Assembly: GCA_002478045.1 (NCBI GenBank)
Contig: DLLT01000008.1
Location: 1,803-65,802 of the forward strand
Length of the DNA stretch: 64,000 nucleotides
Direction: 5' to 3'
DNA from: Porphyromonadaceae bacterium UBA7555
GTDB lineage: Bacteria; Bacteroidota; Bacteroidia; Bacteroidales; Muribaculaceae
A program made the position numbers and the translations under genes. Shown here in pieces: positions 1 through 8,702 of the stretch (its first letter is position 1; each line of letters starts with the position of its first letter). The notes under the pieces were generated by a model. It was not told the origin of the DNA. It made no database searches and saw nothing but the letters and a program-made list of their open reading frames with translations.

Positions 1-1181
1 AGTCCCGGGTTGCTGTCGACAAGTTGCTTCACCTCCTTGTCGTATCCGGCAAGTATCACGACTAATTTGTCGCGATTGTTTTCCATGCGCTGTAGCAGTG
101 TATTGATAGCTTCGCGGCCATAGTAATCGTGCGGGCCGTTGCACAGTGAGTATGCTTCATCGATAAATAGTATGCCGCCGATTGCGCTGTCTATGACTTT
201 ATTTGTCTTTACGGCTGTCTGTCCGACGTACTCGGCTACGAGGTCGGCGCGTCCTACTTCGACCAGCTTCTCTTCGGATAGTGCGCCTATGGAGTGGAGA
301 ATGTTTGCCAGCGTACGTGCTACCGTGGTTTTGCCTGTCCCTGGGTTGCCGGTGAATATGCTGTGTAGTGTTAGGGGAACAGCCGGCAAGTTGTTAATTC
401 CTCGCAGGATGTTTATTCTGACCAAATTGGCCAGCCTGCGTATCAGGCTTTTGACTTCCTTCAGACCAATCATATTCTCCAATTTGGCTAATGCTTTGTC
501 ATAGTCTTCATTGGAGGCCAGTGCTATGGACTTGTCCTCCACCTTGGATACGATGACCGTATCGTCTTTGGTTTGCTCTAATCGGAAAGTGGTGAGCGTA
601 TCGAGCAATATTTTTTCGTCTTCGGTGCGGATGTCGTCTGCATATGCTATGATACGACAGAATCGGTAAAGTAATGATGCGTATTGTTTTGCGGCATCGG
701 TATCGTATTTGTTGATTAGAGATAATCCGGGAATAGTGCCGGCTGTGACGTTGTCCCATGTCGGGTCGGGCTCGCGTTTTATTGCTGAGATGAATTTGGC
801 GTACAGGTCGTTGTTGTGTCCGAAGACTTCGTCCCAGGGCAGCACGTCAATCATCTTGTCGCTGTCCATAAGTATTGTGTAGAAGCACAATAGCGGATAG
901 TTCTCGCGGTCTTGCGCAATTTCATGGCCCATCATTCGAGCGCAGAATATGATGTCTTTTATACATAGAACAGACAAGATGCGTATGGCCGGTGTGCCGA
1001 ATTGTATGTCGGCCGAGATGCGGATGTGTGGCGCAAGTGCATTGACCAGCCCGGCTTTGCCCGAAATTTCGTCAATGCCTTTGTGTAGGAACATGGCGGC
1101 TTGTACCGCTTCATGCTGTTTGGTGTCTATGAGCGGGGGTTCGGGCGGACGTTCGGAAGGTTGTATTGATGAGGTTTTCAT
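1..1181 (-). CDS. AAA+ ATPase, SpoVK/CbbX-type, with a ~230-aa non-ATPase N-terminal domain (3' end runs off the window)
   Basis: I translated the minus strand myself. It is open from the ATG at 1181-1179 to position 1. It contains Walker A GNPGTGKT (nt 350-327), Walker B ILFIDEA, and LVVILAGYDKEV. It is missing from the supplied ORF track because it has no stop codon inside the window. Confidence 0.85.
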   Translation of the reverse strand, partial: MKTSSIQPSERPPEPPLIDTKQHEAVQAAMFLHKGIDEISGKAGLVNALAPHIRISADIQFGTPAIRILSVLCIKDIIFCARMMGHEIAQDRENYPLLCFYTILMDSDKMIDVLPWDEVFGHNNDLYAKFISAIKREPDPTWDNVTAGTIPGLSLINKYDTDAAKQYASLLYRFCRIIAYADDIRTEDEKILLDTLTTFRLEQTKDDTVIVSKVEDKSIALASNEDYDKALAKLENMIGLKEVKSLIRRLANLVRINILRGINNLPAVPLTLHSIFTGNPGTGKTTVARTLANILHSIGALSEEKLVEVGRADLVAEYVGQTAVKTNKVIDSAIGGILFIDEAYSLCNGPHDYYGREAINTLLQRMENNRDKLVVILAGYDKEVKQLVDSNPG

Positions 1182-1212
1182 TGGCTTATTTCGGCGTGAG
1201 GGGTTGGAATGA

Positions 1213-1246
1213 CAAATTTACGAAAAATTTGCTATATGGACAAAAA
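1213..1246 (-). promoter_or_regulatory. Candidate promoter for the AAA+ ATPase gene
   Basis: On the minus strand, TTTTTG (1246-1241) is followed by a 20-nt spacer and TAAATTTG (1220-1213). This matches the Bacteroides -33 TTTG / -7 TAnnTTTG consensus, about 30 nt upstream of the ATG. Confidence 0.45.
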
Positions 1247-1258
1247 TTGTTAATTTTG
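1228..1258 (+). promoter_or_regulatory. Candidate divergent promoter for the beta-propeller gene
   Basis: TTTG (1228-1231) is followed by a 19-nt spacer and TAATTTTG (1251-1258). It overlaps the opposite-strand promoter. Confidence 0.45.
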
Positions 1259-1329
1259 TTGAGGCTATGCCGTGTACGGTGTAGTGCAAAACGTTCAACC
1301 CTAAGCCATCAAATAACAACTAATCGACT

Positions 1330-2679
1330 GTGCTACTGATAAATCGCATACCATGTGTGCTGGCTTTAGCCGCGCTAACCTTTGTCCCTTCTTTTGCGGC
1401 CGAACCTCCGGCCGAGGTGCATCCCCGTCTCGGATTGATGGTCAAGGACGCATCTTCGGGTGCAACGATGATGTTGTTGACGCGTCACCAACAGTACTCG
1501 TGGAGCGAGCGCGCCACTCTTGACCGCGATGTATTTTCGCCCAAGAGTGTCAATTTTAGTCCCGATGGGACTAAGTATTATGTCAATATGCTCGAAGGAT
1601 GCCGTACGGTGGTGTACGATGCGCATACGCATGCCAAGTTGGCTGTGATTTCGCACGATATTACCGCCGAGGACTCTACGTTGTGGGCGTCTCGAACGCC
1701 GTTGTACACGTTCCGACATTATCGTGAGCGCAATGTGCGCGTTTTTGGCGGTCGTCCCGTTGAGGGGGCTTTCAGTCACGGAGGCCGCTACTTTTGGGTG
1801 CCGTACTATCGTCGCGACTTTGACATTAATGCCCAGGAACCTTCGGCTGTGGCTGTCATCGATACCCGAGTCGACTCAATAGTGCGTATACTTGATGTGG
1901 GGACGTTGCCCAAGATGGTTGCCGTATCTCCATGGAACGATGTCGTAGCTATCGCTCATTGGGGCGACAATACGGTGGGGCTGATTGATATTACCGACCC
2001 ACGTCCTCAGATGTGGCGCCAGCGTGCCAATGTCGTCATAGACCGCCGATTAAACCTCAATTTGCCTCTGGATCGTAAAGTTGACCGTGACAATGGTAGC
2101 GGTAATGCCCTGCGTGGCACGGTATTTACGCCGCAAGGGCGTTACGCACTGGTGGCTTGTATGGGCGGTATGGGCGGCATCGCCGTTGTCGATGTACATC
2201 GCGGATGCTTTGTAGGCCGCCTTACGGGAATGCTGCCAAATATCAGGCACTTGGTTGTGGCCAATGATTGCTTGTATTTGAGTGCCAATCGTGCCGGCGC
2301 GGTACAACGCGTTTCCATGGCCAAAGTTATGGATGCCATCGCCCGGCTGCATGGGGTCAAAAGCAAAAACGGTAAGAGGCCACATTCGGTAGCACTGAAC
2401 GCACGCGACATCAAGACATTGCGCCTTACGGGCGGAATACGTACCATTGCTGTCACAGCTGATGGTCGCTACCTTTTGGCGGCAGGTAATACGGCCAGTT
2501 GCCTACATCTTGTGGATGCACGTACGCTTAGGAAAATACTGACCATTCCGGCCGACTCTTATCCTGTAGGCCTTGATGTCAGCCCCGATGGGAGCGTAAT
2601 AGTCAGCACTTCGCAGGGTCGTGACCATAAAGGCGGTAATGCCGTCGATGTGTATACACTTAAACTGCCGGCACGATAG
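1330..2679 (+). CDS. Secreted beta-propeller repeat protein (YncE / YVTN-like)
   Basis: 449-aa ORF with a GTG start. It has a signal peptide (CVLALAALTFVPSFA|AEPP) and repeated blade-like motifs (SPDGTKYYVN, TADGRYLLAAGN, SPDGSVIVSTSQ). Confidence 0.7.
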   Translation: MLLINRIPCVLALAALTFVPSFAAEPPAEVHPRLGLMVKDASSGATMMLLTRHQQYSWSERATLDRDVFSPKSVNFSPDGTKYYVNMLEGCRTVVYDAHTHAKLAVISHDITAEDSTLWASRTPLYTFRHYRERNVRVFGGRPVEGAFSHGGRYFWVPYYRRDFDINAQEPSAVAVIDTRVDSIVRILDVGTLPKMVAVSPWNDVVAIAHWGDNTVGLIDITDPRPQMWRQRANVVIDRRLNLNLPLDRKVDRDNGSGNALRGTVFTPQGRYALVACMGGMGGIAVVDVHRGCFVGRLTGMLPNIRHLVVANDCLYLSANRAGAVQRVSMAKVMDAIARLHGVKSKNGKRPHSVALNARDIKTLRLTGGIRTIAVTADGRYLLAAGNTASCLHLVDARTLRKILTIPADSYPVGLDVSPDGSVIVSTSQGRDHKGGNAVDVYTLKLPAR

Positions 2680-2743
2680 GCATTTGCCGGTAGTTAGAGG
2701 TGGGCTATTGTAGTAAGAGGCGGGCCGTTGAGCAGATCTTAAA

Positions 2744-3367
2744 TCAGTTTTGCTCCGACAAATACTTACTCGGAGCGCAAAAGCCATCCTTATTGAAGTG
2801 ATAGAACATTTCGATGGCTTCGGGCGTGTCTGCTTGGAGCAGTAACAACATTTCGCGAGCAAACTCGAGAGTGGCTGAGCCGTTGGCTGTGACTATACCG
2901 CCATCGCTGACGGCCTGGCGGTTGATGTATCCTGCGGCATTTGTGTAGTGCTCGCCTCCCCACATTTTCAATTGCCCCAGGCCGTTGCCCGTATGGCGGA
3001 CGTTATTCAGCAGCCCGCATTTAGCCATAAACGAAGCTCCGTTGCAGATGGCTCCGACAATTCGACCCTCGGCTACGGCGCGGCTCACGATGGGGCCGAC
3101 GGCATCTGCCGCGGGTGTTGTCCATCCCATTCCGCCGATTAGCGCCAGCGCTGCGTAGTCTTGCGGCATGGTCTCGAAGGTATAGTCCGGGATTATGTGA
3201 AATCCACCGATGGAATTCACCGGCTCGGCGGTAGGCGCCACGATGCGGTTGATGTATTTCGGATGCTCTTTCAGCGCATATTGGTCCACGTTGATAGCTT
3301 GTGCGAGGTATGCAATCTCGTGGTCTGCGTATTCGGGCAGTACGATGTATAGTATTTCGTTGGGCAT
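2744..3367 (-). CDS. DJ-1/PfpI family (type 1 glutamine amidotransferase-like) protein
   Basis: 207-aa ORF. The nucleophile-elbow motif GAICNGA and LIGGMG are typical of DJ-1/PfpI proteins. Confidence 0.8.
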   Translation of the reverse strand: MPNEILYIVLPEYADHEIAYLAQAINVDQYALKEHPKYINRIVAPTAEPVNSIGGFHIIPDYTFETMPQDYAALALIGGMGWTTPAADAVGPIVSRAVAEGRIVGAICNGASFMAKCGLLNNVRHTGNGLGQLKMWGGEHYTNAAGYINRQAVSDGGIVTANGSATLEFAREMLLLLQADTPEAIEMFYHFNKDGFCAPSKYLSEQN

Positions 3368-3380
3368 AACGTGATGAATA

Positions 3381-3756
3381 TTAGCTGATTGGTACTTGGT
3401 ATAAAAATGAATGTAATGCCGGAATGAAAAACAATAGGATAATCATAATTATTGAAATTACGATTATTTTGCTCCATGTGCCGAGTTTGGCAAGATGTAA
3501 GACAAGGTATGAACCTAATAGAGTCAAAATGACGTATGTCATTGTAAATACATTTGCCTCGGTCTCGGTCATAAAGCGTGGTTGATCGCATACACATTCA
3601 TAATATTGGTGGATATGCCATTCTGGATGTAAAAGTACTCCGACCAAAGTGCCTACTTCGTAATATACGATAGAGGGATACTATAAAGACGAAAATGATA
3701 AGTATTATGCTCGCTGTTAATTTGTTAGGGTTGTAGTCTATTCGATCGAAGGCCAT
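3381..3756 (-). pseudogene. Possible frameshifted small multi-TM membrane protein in an AT-rich islet
   Basis: Two overlapping minus-strand ORFs are each hydrophobic: 3598-3756 (ATG start, 52 aa) and 3381-3647 (TTG start, 88 aa). A 1-nt frame change near 3660-3690 would fuse them into a ~125-aa protein with 3-4 TM segments. The region is visibly AT-rich compared with its flanks. Confidence 0.25.
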
Positions 3757-3790
3757 AAAAAAAAGAGTTGAGGTGAGAATATGAGATGGG

Positions 3791-3824
3791 AAAAGCAAAA
3801 GAGAGTTACATATTGCAACTCTCT
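3791..3824 (-). terminator. Intrinsic terminator after tRNA-Phe
   Basis: On the minus strand, an 8-bp stem AGAGAGUU/AACUCUCU (3824-3817 / 3807-3800) is followed by UUUGCUUUU. Confidence 0.6.
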
Positions 3825-3831
3825 GATTTTG

Positions 3832-3904
3832 TGGTACCACCAGGAATCGAACCGGGGACACAAGGATTTTCAGTCCTTTGCTCTACCAACTGAGCTATGG
3901 CACC
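3832..3904 (-). tRNA. tRNA-Phe (anticodon GAA), 73 nt, CCA not encoded
   Basis: I folded it by hand. Acceptor GGUGCCA/UGGUACC, D-arm GCUC-AGUUGGUA-GAGC, anticodon stem AAGGA/UCCUU with loop CUGAAAA, T-loop UUCGAUU, discriminator A. The T-stem has one C-U mismatch at 51:63. Confidence 0.93.
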
Positions 3905-3921
3905 ATCCGTGTTTTGTGTTG

Positions 3922-3953
3922 CAAAGGTACGCTGTTTTTTCGAACCTTGCAAA
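3922..3953 (-). promoter_or_regulatory. Promoter of tRNA-Phe
   Basis: On the minus strand, TTTG (3953-3950) is followed by a 20-nt spacer and TACCTTTG (3929-3922). The mature 5' end lies 18 nt downstream. Confidence 0.6.
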
Positions 3954-4151
3954 TTTTGGAAGAGAAAAAACGAAAAAATGCCGAAAAAAGAATTTTTGGG
4001 CGTGTTTTCGGTTGTTTTGAGTGTGCGATATTCGCTTTTTAGGGCGATATATGGTAGTGGCATCGGCTGTCTTTGCACTTCATGGACGCGATTTTGTCGC
4101 TTTTGCGCTTCGTCGGTGTCTGCGCTCGGCGCGGTGAAGGTGAGAGAGATA

Positions 4152-4188
4152 GAGAAGGGCGCCGACTGTATGGCCGGACGCCCTTCTC
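4152..4188 (-). terminator. GC-rich hairpin downstream of the T9SS-CTD ORF (possible terminator)
   Basis: A 10-bp stem GAGAAGGGCG/CGCCCTTCTC has extra inner pairs. There is no clean U-tract; the sequence after it on the minus strand is only pyrimidine-rich. Confidence 0.35.
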
Positions 4189-4260
4189 GATTAGATGCTA
4201 TTGTAGGCTAAACGCTCGTTCGATTAGACATTTGAGCGATTAAACGACTGAGCGGATTTA

Positions 4261-5175
4261 TTAGTGGATGGCGACCTTGGTTGCCTTGCTGCCTTGGCGG
4301 CGAATGTAGATGCCGGGTGTAAGGTTGTCATTGTTGACGCGTACGCCGTTGATATTGTAGTACTCGATGGGTGCATTGCTGTCGTTGTCTACCGTCACAT
4401 CCGCGATGCCGGCTGATGCCGAACATCCGAAGAGGCTGAGGTTGTCAAACATCACGGCATCGCCCTTGGCGCTGGTAAGTCTGATGGCGATATATATGTC
4501 TTTGCCGACGTATTTGCCGAGCGAGACTCCATCGTTGAAGCGCGATTCTTGGGATAGCGAAATGCTTGTTAGGCGGTCATACCAGCCGATGTAAAGCGGG
4601 TCGGAACTGTCGGACGCCTTGATGTCGTAAATTTCGTTATAAGTTGTGTTCATTACGCCAGAAGACCACACGAAGCAGGCGTCTTCCGATTCTACTTTGA
4701 CACGAGGCAGGATGCAATAGCGGTCTGCAGCACCGGAGGTCATATATGTTGAGGCACCGAGGTAGTTTTTGCCCAATAGTCGGTGCTCCTGGTAGAATGC
4801 TTGAACGGCCCAGCCGGTTTCGCCGAATTCTTCGATGGCTTCGGGGGCAAGAGCGTTGTCTCCTTCGTTGTGGAAGGTGAAGCCTTGCGGAATCTTGCCG
4901 TCTTCGAAGTCGTAGAATATGTCCGGATTGCCCAGCGCGTTGACTTCGAGGGCGATGATGTTGTTGTCGGGCTTGGTGTCGCCTTCGCATATCAATTCGC
5001 ATTTGACGGTATGTTTGCCCTTGGCCAGAGATGTGAGGACGCCTTCAAAGGTGATTTGTTTAACTTGTTGTGCGGCAAAGGATACATTTTGTGTTGCGGT
5101 GATGGCATTGTCTATGTACAGATTGGCTTGGACGGTTTTGTCCACGATGCCGACGTTGCGTGCACTGATAGTCAC
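4261..5175 (-). CDS. T9SS C-terminal-sorting-domain protein (CARDB-like plus choice-of-anchor-J-like domains), with no signal peptide
   Basis: 304-aa ORF with a GTG start. The C-terminus YYNINGVRVNNDNLTPGIYIRRQGSKATKVAIH fits the type-A T9SS CTD pattern. The N-terminus MTISARNVG has no hydrophobic leader. Confidence 0.65.
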   Translation of the reverse strand: MTISARNVGIVDKTVQANLYIDNAITATQNVSFAAQQVKQITFEGVLTSLAKGKHTVKCELICEGDTKPDNNIIALEVNALGNPDIFYDFEDGKIPQGFTFHNEGDNALAPEAIEEFGETGWAVQAFYQEHRLLGKNYLGASTYMTSGAADRYCILPRVKVESEDACFVWSSGVMNTTYNEIYDIKASDSSDPLYIGWYDRLTSISLSQESRFNDGVSLGKYVGKDIYIAIRLTSAKGDAVMFDNLSLFGCSASAGIADVTVDNDSNAPIEYYNINGVRVNNDNLTPGIYIRRQGSKATKVAIH

Positions 5176-5243
5176 GTCTTTATAAGATACCTCGGGGATG
5201 TACGTGCCGGGGGGCGGCGCGAGGGGCGTGCCTTGACCGCGAG

Positions 5244-6515
5244 TTATTGCTCGGACGGGTGTATGCGTGTGACGCGGAGCAGCTCGATGCGTGCCGCCGA
5301 CTTGCGCAGCACTTCTATGGACAGGTTGCCCAAGGTGACGGTTTCGCCCTTTTCCGGGATGGCTCCGGTGTTGTGCAGGATGTATCCGGCAAGTGTTTGG
5401 TAATCATCATCTTCGGGGATATCGAGATGGTATGTGTCGTTGAGGTCTGCGATTTCGCAGCGTCCCGAGAATTCGTAAATGCCGTCACCCAGGTCGCGTG
5501 CCGTCGGTGCGGCCTTGTCGTGCTCGTCCTGAATGTCGCCGAAGATTTCCTCGACGAGGTCCTCGAGCGTGACAAGTCCGGCTGTGCCTCCGAATTCGTC
5601 AACGACGATGGCTATAGACCGTTTTTCGTTGAGCAGTCGGCGCATCATCTTATTGGCCAGCAGTGCCTCGGGCGCATATAATACGGGTTTGATGTGTTTG
5701 TGCCAGTCGCCGGTGGGGTCAAAAAGCTCGCTGACGTGGATGTACCCGATGATGTCGTCAATGTCTTCGCGATATACAAGTATCTTAGAACGTCCGCTGG
5801 AAGTGAACAACTTGGAGAGTTCATCGTAGCTTATGTCCGACTTGGCGGCGACAATTTCGTTGCGCGGAATCATACAATCGCGAAGGTGGGTGTTGGAGAA
5901 ATCGAGTGCGTTTTGGAATATCTTGACTTCGGTACCTACTGCTTCTTTTTGGTCGTGTAGGCTGTCAATGGTGTCTTCGAGATAGTCGTTGAGGTCCGAC
6001 ACGGATATCATCTTGATTTCCACCTGATCGGCCTTGAGTCCGAACATTCGCATAAGCCCGCGGGATATAGCCGTAGCCAGCAGTGCGATAGGATACAATA
6101 TGATGTAAAACAAGAAGATTGGTATGGCGATAAAGCGCATCGAGGTGTTGGGGTTGATGCGGAATATTGTCTTGGGAAGGAATTCGCCTGTGATGATGAT
6201 GACGATTGTTGAAACGATTGTTTGTAACAGCAGCATCATTCCATCGTCAAAACCCAAGACAGGTTGCAGTGGCTTAAGTAGCGCTGCCGCGCCCATACCA
6301 TAGATAACCAGGACGATGTTGTTGCCTACCAATATGGATGAGATAAAGAATTGAGGATTGGCGTAGAAACGCCGTAGTATTCGGCCTATGATGCCGCCTT
6401 GCTTGACGTCTATTTCGACACGTACGCGGTCGCTGGTGACGAAAGCCATCTCGGCGCCTGAAAACAAGCCGCTGAACAGCAATGATACAAGGGTTACAAT
6501 TATCCAAATTTCCAT
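5244..6515 (-). CDS. CNNM/DUF21-CBS-CorC_HlyC family protein (hemolysin-type, GldE-like)
   Basis: 423 aa. N-terminal TM block with GAEMAF, a CBS-pair region, and a CorC/HlyC-like C-terminus (GETVTLGNLSIEVL). Confidence 0.85.
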   Translation of the reverse strand: MEIWIIVTLVSLLFSGLFSGAEMAFVTSDRVRVEIDVKQGGIIGRILRRFYANPQFFISSILVGNNIVLVIYGMGAAALLKPLQPVLGFDDGMMLLLQTIVSTIVIIITGEFLPKTIFRINPNTSMRFIAIPIFLFYIILYPIALLATAISRGLMRMFGLKADQVEIKMISVSDLNDYLEDTIDSLHDQKEAVGTEVKIFQNALDFSNTHLRDCMIPRNEIVAAKSDISYDELSKLFTSSGRSKILVYREDIDDIIGYIHVSELFDPTGDWHKHIKPVLYAPEALLANKMMRRLLNEKRSIAIVVDEFGGTAGLVTLEDLVEEIFGDIQDEHDKAAPTARDLGDGIYEFSGRCEIADLNDTYHLDIPEDDDYQTLAGYILHNTGAIPEKGETVTLGNLSIEVLRKSAARIELLRVTRIHPSEQ

Positions 6516-6618
6516 AATGGGTGGCTAAACAATTTATGTGAGGAGTTCTATAATTTCGGTTGGTTATTTGATGCGGTGAATCTAATGTGGTGTCTATTGG
6601 TGTTGCATATCCGGCGTC

Positions 6619-7404
6619 TCAGCGTCTAATGGGGGTGCGTGTGCTTGTCGCCGGGACCAAATCCGATGAATTGCCCTGTTCGATGACGCCGATACCGCCG
6701 AAGGCGTTGCGACGTCTTGAGGCACGTTCGGGCGGTAATGGGCGTTCGGGACGCGGTGTTCCGGCGGGCAGGCTGTCCTGTGCCACGGCGGTCATGCCCG
6801 GGCCGAAGGGTCGTTGACCCTTTCCGCCTTTTGCTGACCGGTCTACGGGGATGATGGCTGTGGGGCGGTTGACGTTGTATTGCGTCATTTCCTGATTGGA
6901 CTCGAACCCGTAGCCTTCGATGATATGGTTGGTGCGTACAATGTGTATAAACGAGTCCGAGTATACCTTGCTTTGGTTTTGGTCCCAATATAGCTGCTCG
7001 GTCAAGAATGTGTCGCGTTGGACATTGACCATCACTATATTGCCGTCCAGCCGCCATAGGCGACGCTGACTGAAGTATGTCGCCGAGTCGCAGCGCATAG
7101 CTGCCGCCGGCTTCATCTTCAGGTCAAAGTTGACGAGATTCAGTCCCTTGGGAAACTTCCACATCGGATCGGGAATGTCGTCATATATGTTCCACACCGG
7201 GGCGGTTATGTGGTAGCGAGTGTACCCCGAGTCGGATATGAGAGTGGAGACGTTGGTCGTAGACATGGTGGGCGTCACCAGTGGGTCGGAGACGTTGGCT
7301 ACATAGCTGTGCTCCTGTTCGTCGGTACACGAGGCTATGGCGGCGGCCAAAACGGCGGCGGCCAGCAATGCACGTGGCGAATGTTTGAAGCACTGCGAAA
7401 CCAT
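6619..7404 (-). CDS. lptC: LptC-like periplasmic lipoprotein with a disordered Pro/Arg/Gly-rich tail
   Basis: I placed the start at the internal ATG at 7404 (MVSQCF...), which gives the lipobox AIASC. The core YTRYHITAP...LWRLDGNIVM...LYWDQ...GYGFESNQEMTQY resembles Bacteroidota LptC as I remember it. Confidence 0.65.
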   Translation of the reverse strand: MVSQCFKHSPRALLAAAVLAAAIASCTDEQEHSYVANVSDPLVTPTMSTTNVSTLISDSGYTRYHITAPVWNIYDDIPDPMWKFPKGLNLVNFDLKMKPAAAMRCDSATYFSQRRLWRLDGNIVMVNVQRDTFLTEQLYWDQNQSKVYSDSFIHIVRTNHIIEGYGFESNQEMTQYNVNRPTAIIPVDRSAKGGKGQRPFGPGMTAVAQDSLPAGTPRPERPLPPERASRRRNAFGGIGVIEQGNSSDLVPATSTRTPIRR

Positions 7405-7424
7405 GGTATGGGACGTCGGAGGCG

Positions 7425-8702
7425 TCAATAGATTTTGCTCTTACGGAACCACATCTCGTTGAAGTTGAGCCCGAGAGTGATGTTGAAGTAGTTCTCTTTG
7501 ATGAGTGGGTCGGGGTTGGCGGCGCGGTGCTTCCATTCAAAGCCGATATTCACTGTGGTCTTGAACCCGGGCACGGGCAGTCCGAAGCCGAGGGTGACGC
7601 CGTATTCGCGCACATTGTTGTCGCGTATCATGATATAGTCGTGGGTGTAGTATCCGCCCAGACGATAGTGTATGCGTTGGCCGTAGTTGCCGCGGATGTT
7701 GGGGGTGTACTCAAGACCGGCACCCACGCGCCAGCGGTCGGCGAAATTGGTTTGCTCGAAGCTTTCGAGGGCGGCGTATTTGGCCTTGCTCCAGGGCTGG
7801 TAGGTGTAGTCGGCGGCCACGGTCAACTTGTTGTTGTGCGTCCACGAAATACCGGCGCCCCATTTCTCGGGCAGCGAATACAGCCCTTTGAGTTTGGTGT
7901 AACCCACGGTGTCGGGGGTGGCGTTTTCTTCTGATGTATAGTAATATACGCCGTAGGTGTCACCGTGCAGGTCCTTGGCCGGGGCGTATACGAGACCCAG
8001 CGAGAGCCGGTCGCGTTTGCTTATGTAGAAGTGATATTGCACGCCGAATTCGGCATACCAATCGCGTACCTTGAGCGTGCGCTCGAATAGGGATGTCGAT
8101 GCGGACGAGGCTACGGCATAGGTGTCGTTGATGGTCGAGCCGAAGAGGTAGGCGATGTTGGCACCTACGCTGAAACCGCGGAAGGGACGTCCGGCGATAC
8201 CGAAGTATAGCTGATTGATGCTGCCGGAACCCTGACGGCTGACACTGCCGTTGTCAATGGCGTTGCCGAAGCTGTAGCCTACACTGCTATAGGGAAGCAG
8301 GCCCACACTTGCACCCATATATCGGCCTATGGGTACCTGCATAGTGATGTAGTCGAGGCCGCCGCCGAAGTCGTGGTGGCTCTTATCGCCTTCCTTCTGC
8401 CATTGAGATACGGCGGTGACGCCCATATCAAAGAGGAAGGTGAGGGTGTCTATGGCCGCATACGAAGCCGGGTTCATGACGTTGGTCTGGCGTCCGGAGG
8501 AGGCGGCGTAGCCTACTCCGCCCATAGACTTCTGAGCTGCGGTGGCGTTGTCGCCCAGTATGCCGTAGCCGTAGCGCGAATAGGGCGTGATTACGGAGTT
8601 TTGGGCGGTGGCGGTTGCCGTACCCATTACGGCTAAAGCCGAAGCCAGGGTCATGCAAACGGCCTTGGCGTACCTTTGGAGGATTGTTGCGAATATTTTC
8701 AT
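7425..8702 (-). CDS. Outer-membrane beta-barrel protein (putative porin-like)
   Basis: I placed the start at the ATG at 8702 (MKIFATILQ...), which gives a signal peptide ending ATATAQN. The sequence has an alternating amphipathic pattern and a C-terminal ...WFRKSKIY. An ATGA overlap joins it to the coaX stop. The 498-aa track ORF is an upstream over-extension. Confidence 0.65.
   Translation of the reverse strand: MKIFATILQRYAKAVCMTLASALAVMGTATATAQNSVITPYSRYGYGILGDNATAAQKSMGGVGYAASSGRQTNVMNPASYAAIDTLTFLFDMGVTAVSQWQKEGDKSHHDFGGGLDYITMQVPIGRYMGASVGLLPYSSVGYSFGNAIDNGSVSRQGSGSINQLYFGIAGRPFRGFSVGANIAYLFGSTINDTYAVASSASTSLFERTLKVRDWYAEFGVQYHFYISKRDRLSLGLVYAPAKDLHGDTYGVYYYTSEENATPDTVGYTKLKGLYSLPEKWGAGISWTHNNKLTVAADYTYQPWSKAKYAALESFEQTNFADRWRVGAGLEYTPNIRGNYGQRIHYRLGGYYTHDYIMIRDNNVREYGVTLGFGLPVPGFKTTVNIGFEWKHRAANPDPLIKENYFNITLGLNFNEMWFRKSKIY

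Noticed and set aside
2116-2130. TGGCAC-N5-TTAC, a sigma-54-like motif inside the beta-propeller CDS.
   Set aside because: It is internal to a coding region with no downstream gene start. I treat it as a chance match.
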